Source of the DNA: Acaryochloris marina S15
GTDB lineage: Bacteria > Cyanobacteriota > Cyanobacteriia > Thermosynechococcales > Thermosynechococcaceae
DNA: 32,000 nucleotides
Direction: 5' to 3'
Assembly (NCBI RefSeq): GCF_018336915.1
Contig: NZ_CP064923.1
Coordinates: 2,850,001 to 2,882,000 of the forward strand
Notes under the pieces: generated by a model
The model's input: only the letters and a program-made list of their open reading frames with translations
The model's database searches: none
Told to the model about the DNA's origin: nothing
Translations under genes and position numbers: made by a program
Shown: in pieces, positions 18,885 through 27,617 of the stretch
How the letters are laid out: each line of letters opens with the position of its first letter
Numbering within the stretch: the stretch's first letter is position 1

Positions 18885-21062
18885 ATGGAGTTTGATTTCT
18901 TACCCAAGCTACCCAAGTCGGATCTCGATGACCGCAGTTTCGATGATCTCGTGCAAGAATGCCTACTCCGCATCCCTCGTTATTGTCCTGAATGGACCCA
19001 CCATAACCCCAGCGATCCAGGCATCACCTTAGTCGAGCTATTTAGCTGGCTAACGGACCAAATGTTGCTGCGATTTAATCAGGTGCCCCGTCGCAACTAT
19101 GTCACCTTTTTAGAGTTAATGGGGGTAAGGCTGCAGCCCCCCTCCCCAGCAAAGACTCCGGTGACCTTCTACCTCAGTGCAGGTTTATCGGAGAACTACA
19201 CGATTCCGATGGATACGGAAGTGGCAACCCTACGCACGGAAACAGAAGAAGCGATTGTCTTTAGTACCGATCGCCCTGTCACCATTGGACAACCGCGACT
19301 CCGCCATTTACTCACGGCTGATATTGCCGAAATGGAACCGCAGTTCGTGCGAGATCGCTTTGCCGAATCCTGGAGTTTGAACCCTGACGGAGAATGGCAA
19401 GGGTCTGCCTTAAGCTGCTTCAATCCTCAGCCTCAAACGGGCAATTGTTTTTATCTCGTTTTTGAGCCAGAGCAGCTAGCCGGGAATGTCATCTCCGTGA
19501 CCTTTAAGGGGGAAGCGGCTACTCCCACAGGGATTAATCCTGAATGTCCACCCCGCCAATGGCAAGCTTGGAATGGTGTCTATTGGCAGCCAATTTTATT
19601 AAACGAAGCCGATGACCATACGGATGGCTTTAGCTTTGCCCGATTAACCCGCCAAAATGGTAATCCCCTCCAAGGGGCAGATGTAGTCTTGCACTTGCCC
19701 CAACATTGGCCTGTTACCAATTTTGCTAGCTATCAAGGTCGCTGGATTCGGTGTGTCTATGAGACGGAGCAAACCACCCAATGGGGCTATCGCTGTTCGC
19801 CAGAAATTGTAGGGGTGTCGGTACAAGCGATAGGAGCGACAGTTGATACGACTCAATCCTTACAAATCCACAATGAAATTTTAGGAGCCAGTGACGGCAC
19901 TCCCGGCCAAACCTTTCAACTTCAGTCCGCACCGATTCTGCCTCGCCGAGATCCTGAATACCTGTTGGTGACCGCCGTTGGTGGTATTCCTCAGCGATGG
20001 ATGGAGATCACGGATTTTGCGGACTCTGGACCAGAAGACCTGCATTACACCATTGATGCTCTCACTGGGACGTTACAGTTTGGACCTTTGATTCGAGAAC
20101 CGGCTCAAATTAAGGCACAAACGCAACAGCGGATGGCCCAATCCAATGCCAATCTTGTAGCCTTAGCCCCGGAGCAGCAGACTCTGAAGCGTCAATATGG
20201 CAAGGTGCCTCCTAAGGGAGCTGAACTGCGGATGGCCACCTATCGAACGGGCGGGGGGCTGAAAGGCAATGTGCAAAGCGGGATGATTCGGATCCTGAAA
20301 ACTGCGGTGCCCTATGTCGCCAATGTGATCAATCATCAGCCTGCCCAGAATGGAACGGATGCTGAATCCTTAGATGCTGCCGTGATTCGCGTACCGCAAA
20401 TGTTGCGAACCCGAGATCGCGCCGTCACCCAGGAAGATTTTGAGACCTTAGCCTTAACGGCAGGTCAAGGGGCAGTGGCACGAGTCCTCTGCTTGCCTGC
20501 GGATCAAACGGGCACCCCAGGACAGGTCCGCCTCCTGTTGGTCCCCCAGGTGAGGACGGATGCGATTGAGCGGGGCGAGGGCCTTCATCCTGATGTTCTC
20601 AGTCTGACTCCCCAGCTACAAACCCAGGTCAGCGACTACTTGGATGATCGTCGTCTCTTGGGTATGGCGATTCGCTATGACCAACCTCACTATGTGGGGG
20701 TCACGGTTCAAGCAGAGGTTGCCCTAGAACCGGACTACAACAATGCAGAAGCCCAAACCGAGATGCGGCATCAGCTTCAAGTGGCCCTATATCGATTTCT
20801 AAACCCGATTACTGGCGGTCCTGATGGCCGAGGTTGGCCCTTTGGCCGTCCTGTATATCCCTCTGATATTGTCACGCTGTTTCAGCCCATGCCGGGGGTG
20901 CGGCATTTGGGAACCGTTCAATTGTTTGAACTCCGTCGTCAGGAATCTCGTTGGCAGCGGATCTTGCCTAAGGAGCCGGTGATCGATCCGGGGCCTTTAG
21001 GGGTGCTCTGTTCCTGGCAGAATGCTCAACTTCGCTCTAGTCACGCTATCAGTTTGCTGTAA
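18885..21062 (+). CDS. Baseplate J-like / gp6-like putative baseplate assembly protein (TssF/Afp11 equivalent)
   Basis: The N-terminal block DDRSFDDLVQECLLRIPRYCPEWTHHNPSDPGITLVELFSWLTDQMLLRFNQVPRRNYVTFLELMGVRLQPPSPAKTPVTF matches the characteristic opening of the putative baseplate assembly protein family (TIGR02243-type, as I recall). It starts 7 nt after the gp25-like stop. Confidence 0.9.
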   Translation: MEFDFLPKLPKSDLDDRSFDDLVQECLLRIPRYCPEWTHHNPSDPGITLVELFSWLTDQMLLRFNQVPRRNYVTFLELMGVRLQPPSPAKTPVTFYLSAGLSENYTIPMDTEVATLRTETEEAIVFSTDRPVTIGQPRLRHLLTADIAEMEPQFVRDRFAESWSLNPDGEWQGSALSCFNPQPQTGNCFYLVFEPEQLAGNVISVTFKGEAATPTGINPECPPRQWQAWNGVYWQPILLNEADDHTDGFSFARLTRQNGNPLQGADVVLHLPQHWPVTNFASYQGRWIRCVYETEQTTQWGYRCSPEIVGVSVQAIGATVDTTQSLQIHNEILGASDGTPGQTFQLQSAPILPRRDPEYLLVTAVGGIPQRWMEITDFADSGPEDLHYTIDALTGTLQFGPLIREPAQIKAQTQQRMAQSNANLVALAPEQQTLKRQYGKVPPKGAELRMATYRTGGGLKGNVQSGMIRILKTAVPYVANVINHQPAQNGTDAESLDAAVIRVPQMLRTRDRAVTQEDFETLALTAGQGAVARVLCLPADQTGTPGQVRLLLVPQVRTDAIERGEGLHPDVLSLTPQLQTQVSDYLDDRRLLGMAIRYDQPHYVGVTVQAEVALEPDYNNAEAQTEMRHQLQVALYRFLNPITGGPDGRGWPFGRPVYPSDIVTLFQPMPGVRHLGTVQLFELRRQESRWQRILPKEPVIDPGPLGVLCSWQNAQLRSSHAISLL

Positions 21063-21092
21063 CAGGAGATTGCCCATTTCTCGGTAACCGCC

Positions 21093-22139
21093 ATGACGAC
21101 CTCCCCTGATCTACTGCCCTTAAGACTGCAATTGGCCCCCATGTCCGTGGCGGCGACGATGCCCCAACCCATTGTGAGAAAGGCGTCACAGGCAGAGATG
21201 GCTCCTTTTGCTTGGCAGCAGACCCATCTCTGCCAACAAGTGCTGCATCCGGGGGAACCGAGCGAGATTGTTGTGCAGTTGGAGAATAGGTGCGATCGCA
21301 CCCTCCGTATCCGCTTAGAAACAGAAGGGACCTTTCCGTTGGACTGGTGTCGGATTGGTCAAGAAGGGCAAACGTTGCCCCCAGGTAGCAAAATGGAAGC
21401 GGTTTTGTACTTCCAGCTCCCGGAAGATTTTTTTGAAGCCGAATCCAGTCCAGCCTTTATTCAAACTCAGGGACTAGATTTTCGAGGACGACTCTGTGTA
21501 TATTTCGGCACTGTCGATACCGAAACTAGCGAAGCCACCGGCGGCTTGACCTTAGAGACAGCGGAGTTTTTACTGTTTGTTCGCCCCCGCAGTCTCTATC
21601 CCACTTTTTTGCCCGACATCTATAAAGAAGTGGATTTTATTGGCCGCTTCCTCCATATTTTTGAGCAAGCCTTTGAACCTGCAGTCCAGACCCTCGATAC
21701 CCTTTGGGCCTATCTCGATCCCCTGACGGCACCTGAAACCATGCTTCCTTTTCTAGCCCATTGGGTGGGCTGGCAGCTGGCCTCTGAATTGCCATTATCC
21801 CGGCAGCGGTCCCTTATTCGTCAGGCGATTCAGCTCTATCAGTGGCGAGGCACGCGGAAAGGGCTGCGGCTCTATCTGCATTTATATACCGGGCTGCCCT
21901 TGGAAGAGTTTGTCCCCGAAGACCAGAAGCAAATCTCGATTCAAGATTCCTTTAATCGTGGATTAGTCCTAGGAGAAGCCTGTCTGGGCCAAGAATCTAC
22001 CGTCGGGGGAGGTAAGCCTTTCCATTTCTCCGTTTGTTTACGCTCCCAACAACCCCTTTCTGAATCCCTTATCCATAAAATCATCCAGCAGGAGAAGCCT
22101 GCTTTTTGCACCTATGACTTGTGTCTTGAGTCATCCTGA
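21093..22139 (+). CDS. Phage tail protein I / gp7-like wedge protein with an extra N-terminal beta-sandwich-like module
   Basis: The C-terminal ~180 aa (FLPDIYKEVDFIGRFLHIFEQAFEP...LDPLTAPETMLPFLAHWVGWQL...RQAIQLYQWRGTRKGLRLYL) matches the P2 gpI-like phage tail protein domain (TIGR02242-type, as I recall). The N-terminal ~160 aa contains the module LHPGEPSEIVVQLENRCDRTLRIRLETEG..W..LPPGSKMEAVLYFQLP. Confidence 0.8.
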   Translation: MTTSPDLLPLRLQLAPMSVAATMPQPIVRKASQAEMAPFAWQQTHLCQQVLHPGEPSEIVVQLENRCDRTLRIRLETEGTFPLDWCRIGQEGQTLPPGSKMEAVLYFQLPEDFFEAESSPAFIQTQGLDFRGRLCVYFGTVDTETSEATGGLTLETAEFLLFVRPRSLYPTFLPDIYKEVDFIGRFLHIFEQAFEPAVQTLDTLWAYLDPLTAPETMLPFLAHWVGWQLASELPLSRQRSLIRQAIQLYQWRGTRKGLRLYLHLYTGLPLEEFVPEDQKQISIQDSFNRGLVLGEACLGQESTVGGGKPFHFSVCLRSQQPLSESLIHKIIQQEKPAFCTYDLCLESS

Positions 22140-22148
22140 TTTTATTGC

Positions 22149-22214
22149 ACACCTATTTATTCTTATGTCTTGACATTACACCTATTTATTTCTGCCTATC
22201 TACACCTATTTATT
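22149..22214 (+). promoter_or_regulatory. Three perfect 13-bp direct repeats (ACACCTATTTATT) in the 97-nt spacer inside the gene array
   Basis: Copies at 22149-22161, 22178-22190 and 22202-22214, with start-to-start spacing of 29 and 24 nt. A TTGACA hexamer at 22170-22175 lies between copies 1 and 2. The next ORF starts at 22237. Confidence 0.6.
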
Positions 22215-22236
22215 CCCATCGCACCCTAGATCCTCC

Positions 22237-23613
22237 ATGACCTACTCGCCACCTACTCCCCCTGTTCAGCCCCTGCAACGTCTGCGGGTGACTGATGGGC
22301 TGTTGATTAATGCTGAGCGTTGGCGGCTGGCCTATGACTACCACCGTCAACGCCAGAGTCTGTATTACCAATCCCTCCATCAGCCAGGGATTGTCTGTGG
22401 GTTAGGCATTCATCCGATTGCCCCACCGGAGAAAATTGCCCAAGCCTATCAGGACCAGCGGTGGCTGCAGATTCAGCCGGGCATGGCCATCGATGATCAA
22501 GGCAATTGCATCGTGGTTCCTGAGCCCATCGACTTCAGGCTTGCCTCTCGGGTCGAACAGCCAACATCTGTCTATTTGGTGCTCCAATACGTCGATCCAG
22601 AACAGCTCCAGCAGGCTGAGGATAACCCTGTTCTCACAGAAGTATTTCGGATTGATGAAAAGACCCATCCCCCCGGACCTGGAGAAGTCGAGATTTGTCG
22701 GCTCATTCTTGATGCTGATGCCCAGCTGCAGTTACCAACAGATCCCTTCTTCCCCCAAATCAACCAGGTGGATTTGCGGTATCGGCTGCAGCCGAAATCT
22801 CGCCCTCAAGCTGTGCTCCAAGTCGCTCAAGTAAGCCTTAGCTCCCCATCTCCTCAACTCCAGCAGTCGGCGGTCAATTTTCAAGCTTTCCTCAGATCTA
22901 TTGAGGTTCTGTATCCCAACCTACTAGCAGTGTCTGCCCCTGATCCAATTGAACTGGTGGATCAAAACCCAGCCGTCGTTCTCGGGGACTACGATGTCCT
23001 GTACCTGCAGACGCAAACGGTCCAAGCTTTGTCCGATGTGCAGATGCGATCGCTTCAGTCTTTCCTCATGCAAGGGGGATATTTATGGGTCGAGATTTCA
23101 GTTCGGGGAACCCAGTTGGCAGAGCTATTGACGGTCAGAGCTCAATTACAGGCAGCACTGGCCCAAATGGAGGGTTCACAGACTGTGGGGGCATCTGCAG
23201 CGACTCAAAATGTACAGCCCTTGCGTCAAGAAATTACCCAGGAATTGACCGCTGTGCAAACGGCCCTCAATACCAAGCTTGATGAAACAGGACGGCCCTT
23301 TCGGGCTTTAGCGGAGCAAATGGGCCAGCCCTTGCAAGTCCTGCCAGCAGATCATCCCATTGGCTGTCAGCCCTTTCAGTTTGGGGCCTTACCGACTGTG
23401 AATCAACGGCCTATTGAACTGTTCCTCAGCGAACATCTCCTGATGGTAGTCGGTGATTTGTCCGTGGTTTGGGGAGGGGGGAGTAAAGAGGGCTTTGCCC
23501 GAGACCAGATTCGCACCGCTCAGGAGTTTGGCATCAATCTCCTTCACTATGTTTGGCAGCACCAGAATTATCGTCAGCTTCTAGCCACATCCACTACAGC
23601 GTCTACCCCTTAG
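22237..23613 (+). CDS. Hypothetical protein occupying the tail-fibre position; C-terminal half is DUF4159-like (tentative)
   Basis: 458-aa ORF. The C-terminal half has YDVLYLQTQTVQALSDVQMRSLQSFLMQGGYLWVE, then HPIGCQPFQFGALP, LLMVVGDLSVVWGGG and QIRTAQEFGINLLHYV. This pattern resembles the DUF4159 (GATase1-like fold) layout as I recall it. It is interrupted by a Q/A-rich, probably helical insert. The N-terminal half (RLRVTDGLLINAERWRLAYDYH...) is unassigned. Confidence 0.65.
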   Translation: MTYSPPTPPVQPLQRLRVTDGLLINAERWRLAYDYHRQRQSLYYQSLHQPGIVCGLGIHPIAPPEKIAQAYQDQRWLQIQPGMAIDDQGNCIVVPEPIDFRLASRVEQPTSVYLVLQYVDPEQLQQAEDNPVLTEVFRIDEKTHPPGPGEVEICRLILDADAQLQLPTDPFFPQINQVDLRYRLQPKSRPQAVLQVAQVSLSSPSPQLQQSAVNFQAFLRSIEVLYPNLLAVSAPDPIELVDQNPAVVLGDYDVLYLQTQTVQALSDVQMRSLQSFLMQGGYLWVEISVRGTQLAELLTVRAQLQAALAQMEGSQTVGASAATQNVQPLRQEITQELTAVQTALNTKLDETGRPFRALAEQMGQPLQVLPADHPIGCQPFQFGALPTVNQRPIELFLSEHLLMVVGDLSVVWGGGSKEGFARDQIRTAQEFGINLLHYVWQHQNYRQLLATSTTASTP

Positions 23614-23617
23614 TGCC

Positions 23618-25357
23618 ATGCCTTATTTTGCCAGTGCGTTTCAACATCAGTGGCGGCGGTTAAAACTAACCACCAAGTTTGGCTTTGTTCTATCGACGGT
23701 CTTTGTGGCCACGACGGGGATTGCCGGGGTAATCATTCATCAATCCGTGCATCAACAGGCAGATCATGAGCTGGAGTCACGGGGCCAACTGCTAATGGCA
23801 TTAGTGGATCAGCTAGAACAGGAAGATTCTGCTTCAGAAGCCTACCCCGTGGTCTCTTCATTGTGTGAGACTCAACCCTCCTTGTGCTCCAAAGTCTTGG
23901 TGCCCGAGTCTGGCTCGGCCATCCAGGATACCGATCAGCTAGCCGAGACTCTCAAAACGCAATTTCAGAATCAACCCGATCAAGAAACCCTATCGGGCTA
24001 TATCACCCATGCCGATCAGGAAAACTATTATCTAGCCCGACGTCAGGAGCAGGAGGGTTCCCTGCAGGTTCAGGCTATTTTTATTCCGGCCGCTCCAGCG
24101 AAGAAATTAGCTAAAGCCAACTTTTGGATGGAGATGGGGACCTTTGTGGTGTTTTTGGGGCTGACCCTGTTGTTGGTGAATGACCTAGTCCGGCGGACAG
24201 TCTTAAAACCCCTTCAACCGATGACCCAATTGGCCCATCGCCTCAGGCACAATCCAACTCGTCTCCTGGATGAATCCAGTTCAGAGATTCAGCATCTGCA
24301 CCATCATGCCCAGCAAGGCGATGAAATCGGTCAGTTGGCTGGCGCTTTACACCATCTTTTCACCACCTTCCACCACCATCCGTCTAGCCCTGCACCCATT
24401 CCGGCTGCCAACCCCGCCACTGTTCCCAATTCGGTCCAGGCGTTATTGAGTCAAACTCAGATGACGTATACCCACGAACTATTAGAGAAGGCCCGTCAAG
24501 TCCGGCAGCAACTCGGACAAACCCAAGACTTTGATTTACTCCGGTGTCTGCAAAGCGTAGACTTTCTCCAAGACTTTACTGAGCCCCAACTTCAGGATTT
24601 AATCGCCTGTGGCTATCAACGCCAGTACGAGCCGGGAGAAATTATCTTCCGTGAAGGAGAGTGGGGCCAGATATTCTATATCGTTCTGAATGGGGTGATT
24701 CAGTCTCAGGTTGATCACCCTGAACGGCAAGGCAACAAGTTGGTCTCGGGGGATGCCTTTGGTGAAACTGCCTTGTTGTCTGGGGTCACCCGACAGAGCA
24801 CTATCCAAGCTGTGGAACGGACGACGCTATTTCTAATTGAGGACCAGGCTTTTCAACGATTGCTGCGCCAATATCCTCAATGGGGCAACCGCCTTGTTCA
24901 ACGCCAATCGCAGCTAGCTGAAATCCTCAGGCAGGTGGACTATTTTCAGAATTGGTCAGAAATCCAATTCCAGCAGCTCTTGGATCGAGGCTATCGCCAA
25001 AATCTGGCAGCGGAGGCATCCTTTACCCCTGAACTAGCCAAGGTCTATGTCGTTATCTCCGGTGGCATTCACATCCAAGACCAGGACATTACCTTATCCC
25101 CCGGAGACTGTTGGGGGGATCTGAGTTTACTGTTTGAGGATCTCCCTCCGATTCACAGTCAAACCCTTGCTCAAACTAGTCTGTTCCTTTTAGAAGCGTC
25201 GGATTTATTTAGCTTACTCAAACGCTATCCCCATTTAGTCGACGTCATGGCCAATGTTTTATGGCAACGACAGCCCCAAGAGCAGAGATATCGACTGCCC
25301 GCTAATGGCTTGAGTTGGATTCGAGACCGCCTGCAATCCCAGTTACCCCCTATCTAA
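23618..25357 (+). CDS. Membrane sensor-like protein: TM, extracytoplasmic loop, TM, HAMP, then two cyclic-nucleotide-binding domains
   Basis: Hydrophobic helices FGFVLSTVFVATTGIAGVII and MGTFVVFLGLTLLLV. A HAMP-like segment follows (RRTVLKPLQPMTQLAHRL...GDEIGQLAGALHHLF). The first cNMP-binding domain is canonical (FREGEWGQIFYIVLNGVI...GDAFGETALLSGVTRQSTIQA). The second is degenerate (GDCWGDLSLLF). I could not recognise any enzymatic output domain. It starts 4 nt after the previous stop. Confidence 0.8.
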   Translation: MPYFASAFQHQWRRLKLTTKFGFVLSTVFVATTGIAGVIIHQSVHQQADHELESRGQLLMALVDQLEQEDSASEAYPVVSSLCETQPSLCSKVLVPESGSAIQDTDQLAETLKTQFQNQPDQETLSGYITHADQENYYLARRQEQEGSLQVQAIFIPAAPAKKLAKANFWMEMGTFVVFLGLTLLLVNDLVRRTVLKPLQPMTQLAHRLRHNPTRLLDESSSEIQHLHHHAQQGDEIGQLAGALHHLFTTFHHHPSSPAPIPAANPATVPNSVQALLSQTQMTYTHELLEKARQVRQQLGQTQDFDLLRCLQSVDFLQDFTEPQLQDLIACGYQRQYEPGEIIFREGEWGQIFYIVLNGVIQSQVDHPERQGNKLVSGDAFGETALLSGVTRQSTIQAVERTTLFLIEDQAFQRLLRQYPQWGNRLVQRQSQLAEILRQVDYFQNWSEIQFQQLLDRGYRQNLAAEASFTPELAKVYVVISGGIHIQDQDITLSPGDCWGDLSLLFEDLPPIHSQTLAQTSLFLLEASDLFSLLKRYPHLVDVMANVLWQRQPQEQRYRLPANGLSWIRDRLQSQLPPI

Positions 25358-25360
25358 TCT

Positions 25361-27601
25361 ATGGAAAAGCAGATTGCCACTCAAGTCTTACCCAAACAGC
25401 TAGCGTTTACACCTGGTGGTCCTCCTTCTGCCTTTGCCGTAGAGGTGGTTAACCACAGTAATCGCTACGCGAGTTTCCAGCTCGAAGTCTCTGCAGCTGG
25501 CACGAATAGCCTTTCGGAGCGCAAGTGGTACCAAGTTTTCCCCGATATTAGTACTAAAAATCCCCCCGGAGATACGACCCAATTCCAAATTGCGATTACG
25601 GATAGTCCGGTACCGGGGTTCGTGGGGTTAATGAGCTTGGCGGTGCGAGTGTTCTCCATCGAACTAGAGGAAGAAGAGCGGGAGTCTCTCAAGTTAACCC
25701 TGGAGCAAGGAACGGGATCAGTTCCCTTGGGACTTAACTTGCCCGTCGAACATTTTGATGCGGATCCAGGAGAGGAAATTCAAATTCCTGTGTTGGTGAA
25801 TAATCCTAGTCAGCTGAAAACGAAAGCGGTTGTCAGCATTAAGGGGATTGATTCGAGCTGGTTCTCCGCAGGCCATGAGCAAACGATTAACTTGGCCCCT
25901 GGGGCAACGGTGCCCACCACCTTTAGCTGTCAATTGCCTCTTGATCCGGTGCAAGCCCCTAGTCATGGCTATCAGTTTCAGATTGAAGCTAGCCATGCCT
26001 ACGGGCCGCCCACGCATATAGAGGGGAGTTTAAAAATAGATCCTCTGGGGTTTGTCGCCTTTCAGGCCCAACCCGAGGAACTCTGTATTCCCGAACAGTT
26101 TCAGTTGAAATTTTGGCAATCTCATCCAGTGACCTATGAATTGCTGTTTGAAAACAGCAGCAATCTGTATCAGCATGTGCAAATAGAGCTGGTCGATCCG
26201 CCTCCCCACTGTACCTTTGAGGTACTACCAGAAAGTACTAAATTGGGGCTTGGAGATTCTGGCAAACTTTCCCTCGTTGCCCATGCCCATCGCCCCTGGC
26301 TAGGGTTATCCAAGCGGCATTCATTGCAAGTCGATGCGGTCTGGTCAAATGTCGACCGCATTGATAGTCGCGATGAAACTCAAGTTCTGCAGTTAGAGAT
26401 TAAACCCCGTATCCCCTTGTGGTTAGTGATTTTACTGACTCTGCTGGGAGGTACTTGGTTGTGGTTCCTTTCTCCCTTTAATCAATACAATGACCGCTAT
26501 GGTCATCGTGGAGCTGTCACTTCTGTTGCCTTTAATGGCATCGCCGATCAGGCGGTGTCCAGTTCGAATGATACGACGGCCATTCGTTGGAATGTAGAGG
26601 GCCTCAGTACTTGGTGGGCTTTTCCCTATTTGGAAAATATTATTCAGCCGGGCAAACAGCTGACCCAACAGCAAAAAGCCATCCGCGTGATCACCTATCG
26701 CCCTGTCAATAACGATTTGGTGGCTGTGGGCTTGGAGAATGGCCAAATTCAACTGTGGGATTTAAACACCGACCATACGGAACCCCTGCAAACCTTTAGT
26801 TATGAAAAATCCGATCGCGTGTTGGATGTGGAGTTTAGTCAGGACTCTCGCTATCTGTTCAGTAGTCATGGCAGCGGTACAACGGTGGTCTGGTCGACCC
26901 AACGCACGGTCCAGCAGCAAAAGATCTTCAAAGAACAGAAAATGCCCTTTGCGATCTATGACTCGGTCCTGTTGGGCAATACGGATCAGTGGCTTGCGAT
27001 CGCAGGTCAACACAACCAGTTGGTCCTGTGGAATTGGCAATCAAAACAGCCCCCAAAACCGCTCCCTTATCCTCAATCTGGCACCAATCACTATATCCAA
27101 AGCATCGATACGGCCCGGGATACGCCCAACCTTTTGACCACAGCTGATACCCAAGGCAATATCACCCTGTGGAATCTATCCGCCTGTCTAAAAGATGCAA
27201 CCTCTTGCAAAACTCTACAACCTCAAGTCTGGTCCCATGGTCCAGACAATCAGCCGGTACGTTCTGTCTCCTTAAGTGACGATGGTTGCTACCTAGCGAG
27301 CGGCGGGGATGATGGTCGATTGATACTGTGGCCGCTACTCCCCAATGGGCAGCGAGATCCAGAGTTTCCCACCGGTAAACCACTTTATGAACCCCATACT
27401 TTCAGTCCGGAAAATTTATTCCAATCTATTTTTCATCCCAAATCTTCTGATCGCATTAATAGTGTGGATTTGAAGGTAATTGGCGACAAGATTCTCGTGT
27501 TGAGCGGTAGTGACGATACCCAAGTGCGTTTATATCCGACCACGGTCAAAGACGTTCAGGCCAAAATAAAACGACAAACTCCCGCTTGTGGCAAACCCTA
27601 A
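25361..27601 (+). CDS. Bitopic membrane protein: N-terminal beta-sandwich modules, one TM helix, C-terminal WD40 repeats
   Basis: The TM helix IPLWLVILLTLLGGTWLWFLSPF is encoded at 26411-26479. WD-type repeats follow: GHRGAVTSVAF...SSSNDTTAIRWNV, ENGQIQLWDL, TTVVWS, NQLVLWNW, GNITLWNL, GGDDGRLILWPL and GSDDTQVRLYP. There is no N-terminal signal peptide. It starts 3 nt after the previous stop. Confidence 0.8.
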   Translation: MEKQIATQVLPKQLAFTPGGPPSAFAVEVVNHSNRYASFQLEVSAAGTNSLSERKWYQVFPDISTKNPPGDTTQFQIAITDSPVPGFVGLMSLAVRVFSIELEEEERESLKLTLEQGTGSVPLGLNLPVEHFDADPGEEIQIPVLVNNPSQLKTKAVVSIKGIDSSWFSAGHEQTINLAPGATVPTTFSCQLPLDPVQAPSHGYQFQIEASHAYGPPTHIEGSLKIDPLGFVAFQAQPEELCIPEQFQLKFWQSHPVTYELLFENSSNLYQHVQIELVDPPPHCTFEVLPESTKLGLGDSGKLSLVAHAHRPWLGLSKRHSLQVDAVWSNVDRIDSRDETQVLQLEIKPRIPLWLVILLTLLGGTWLWFLSPFNQYNDRYGHRGAVTSVAFNGIADQAVSSSNDTTAIRWNVEGLSTWWAFPYLENIIQPGKQLTQQQKAIRVITYRPVNNDLVAVGLENGQIQLWDLNTDHTEPLQTFSYEKSDRVLDVEFSQDSRYLFSSHGSGTTVVWSTQRTVQQQKIFKEQKMPFAIYDSVLLGNTDQWLAIAGQHNQLVLWNWQSKQPPKPLPYPQSGTNHYIQSIDTARDTPNLLTTADTQGNITLWNLSACLKDATSCKTLQPQVWSHGPDNQPVRSVSLSDDGCYLASGGDDGRLILWPLLPNGQRDPEFPTGKPLYEPHTFSPENLFQSIFHPKSSDRINSVDLKVIGDKILVLSGSDDTQVRLYPTTVKDVQAKIKRQTPACGKP

Positions 27602-27617
27602 CGGATGATTTCAGCTC

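Noticed and set aside
22149-22214. The triple 13-bp repeat as a CRISPR array
   Set aside because: The repeats are far too short (13 bp). There are only three copies, the spacers are 16 and 11 nt, and no cas genes are present.
22402-22834. An 88-aa (-) ORF and a 138-aa (+) ORF inside the 458-aa gene
   Set aside because: They are shadow ORFs overlapping a longer ORF that fits the tight operon spacing. They have no motifs of their own.
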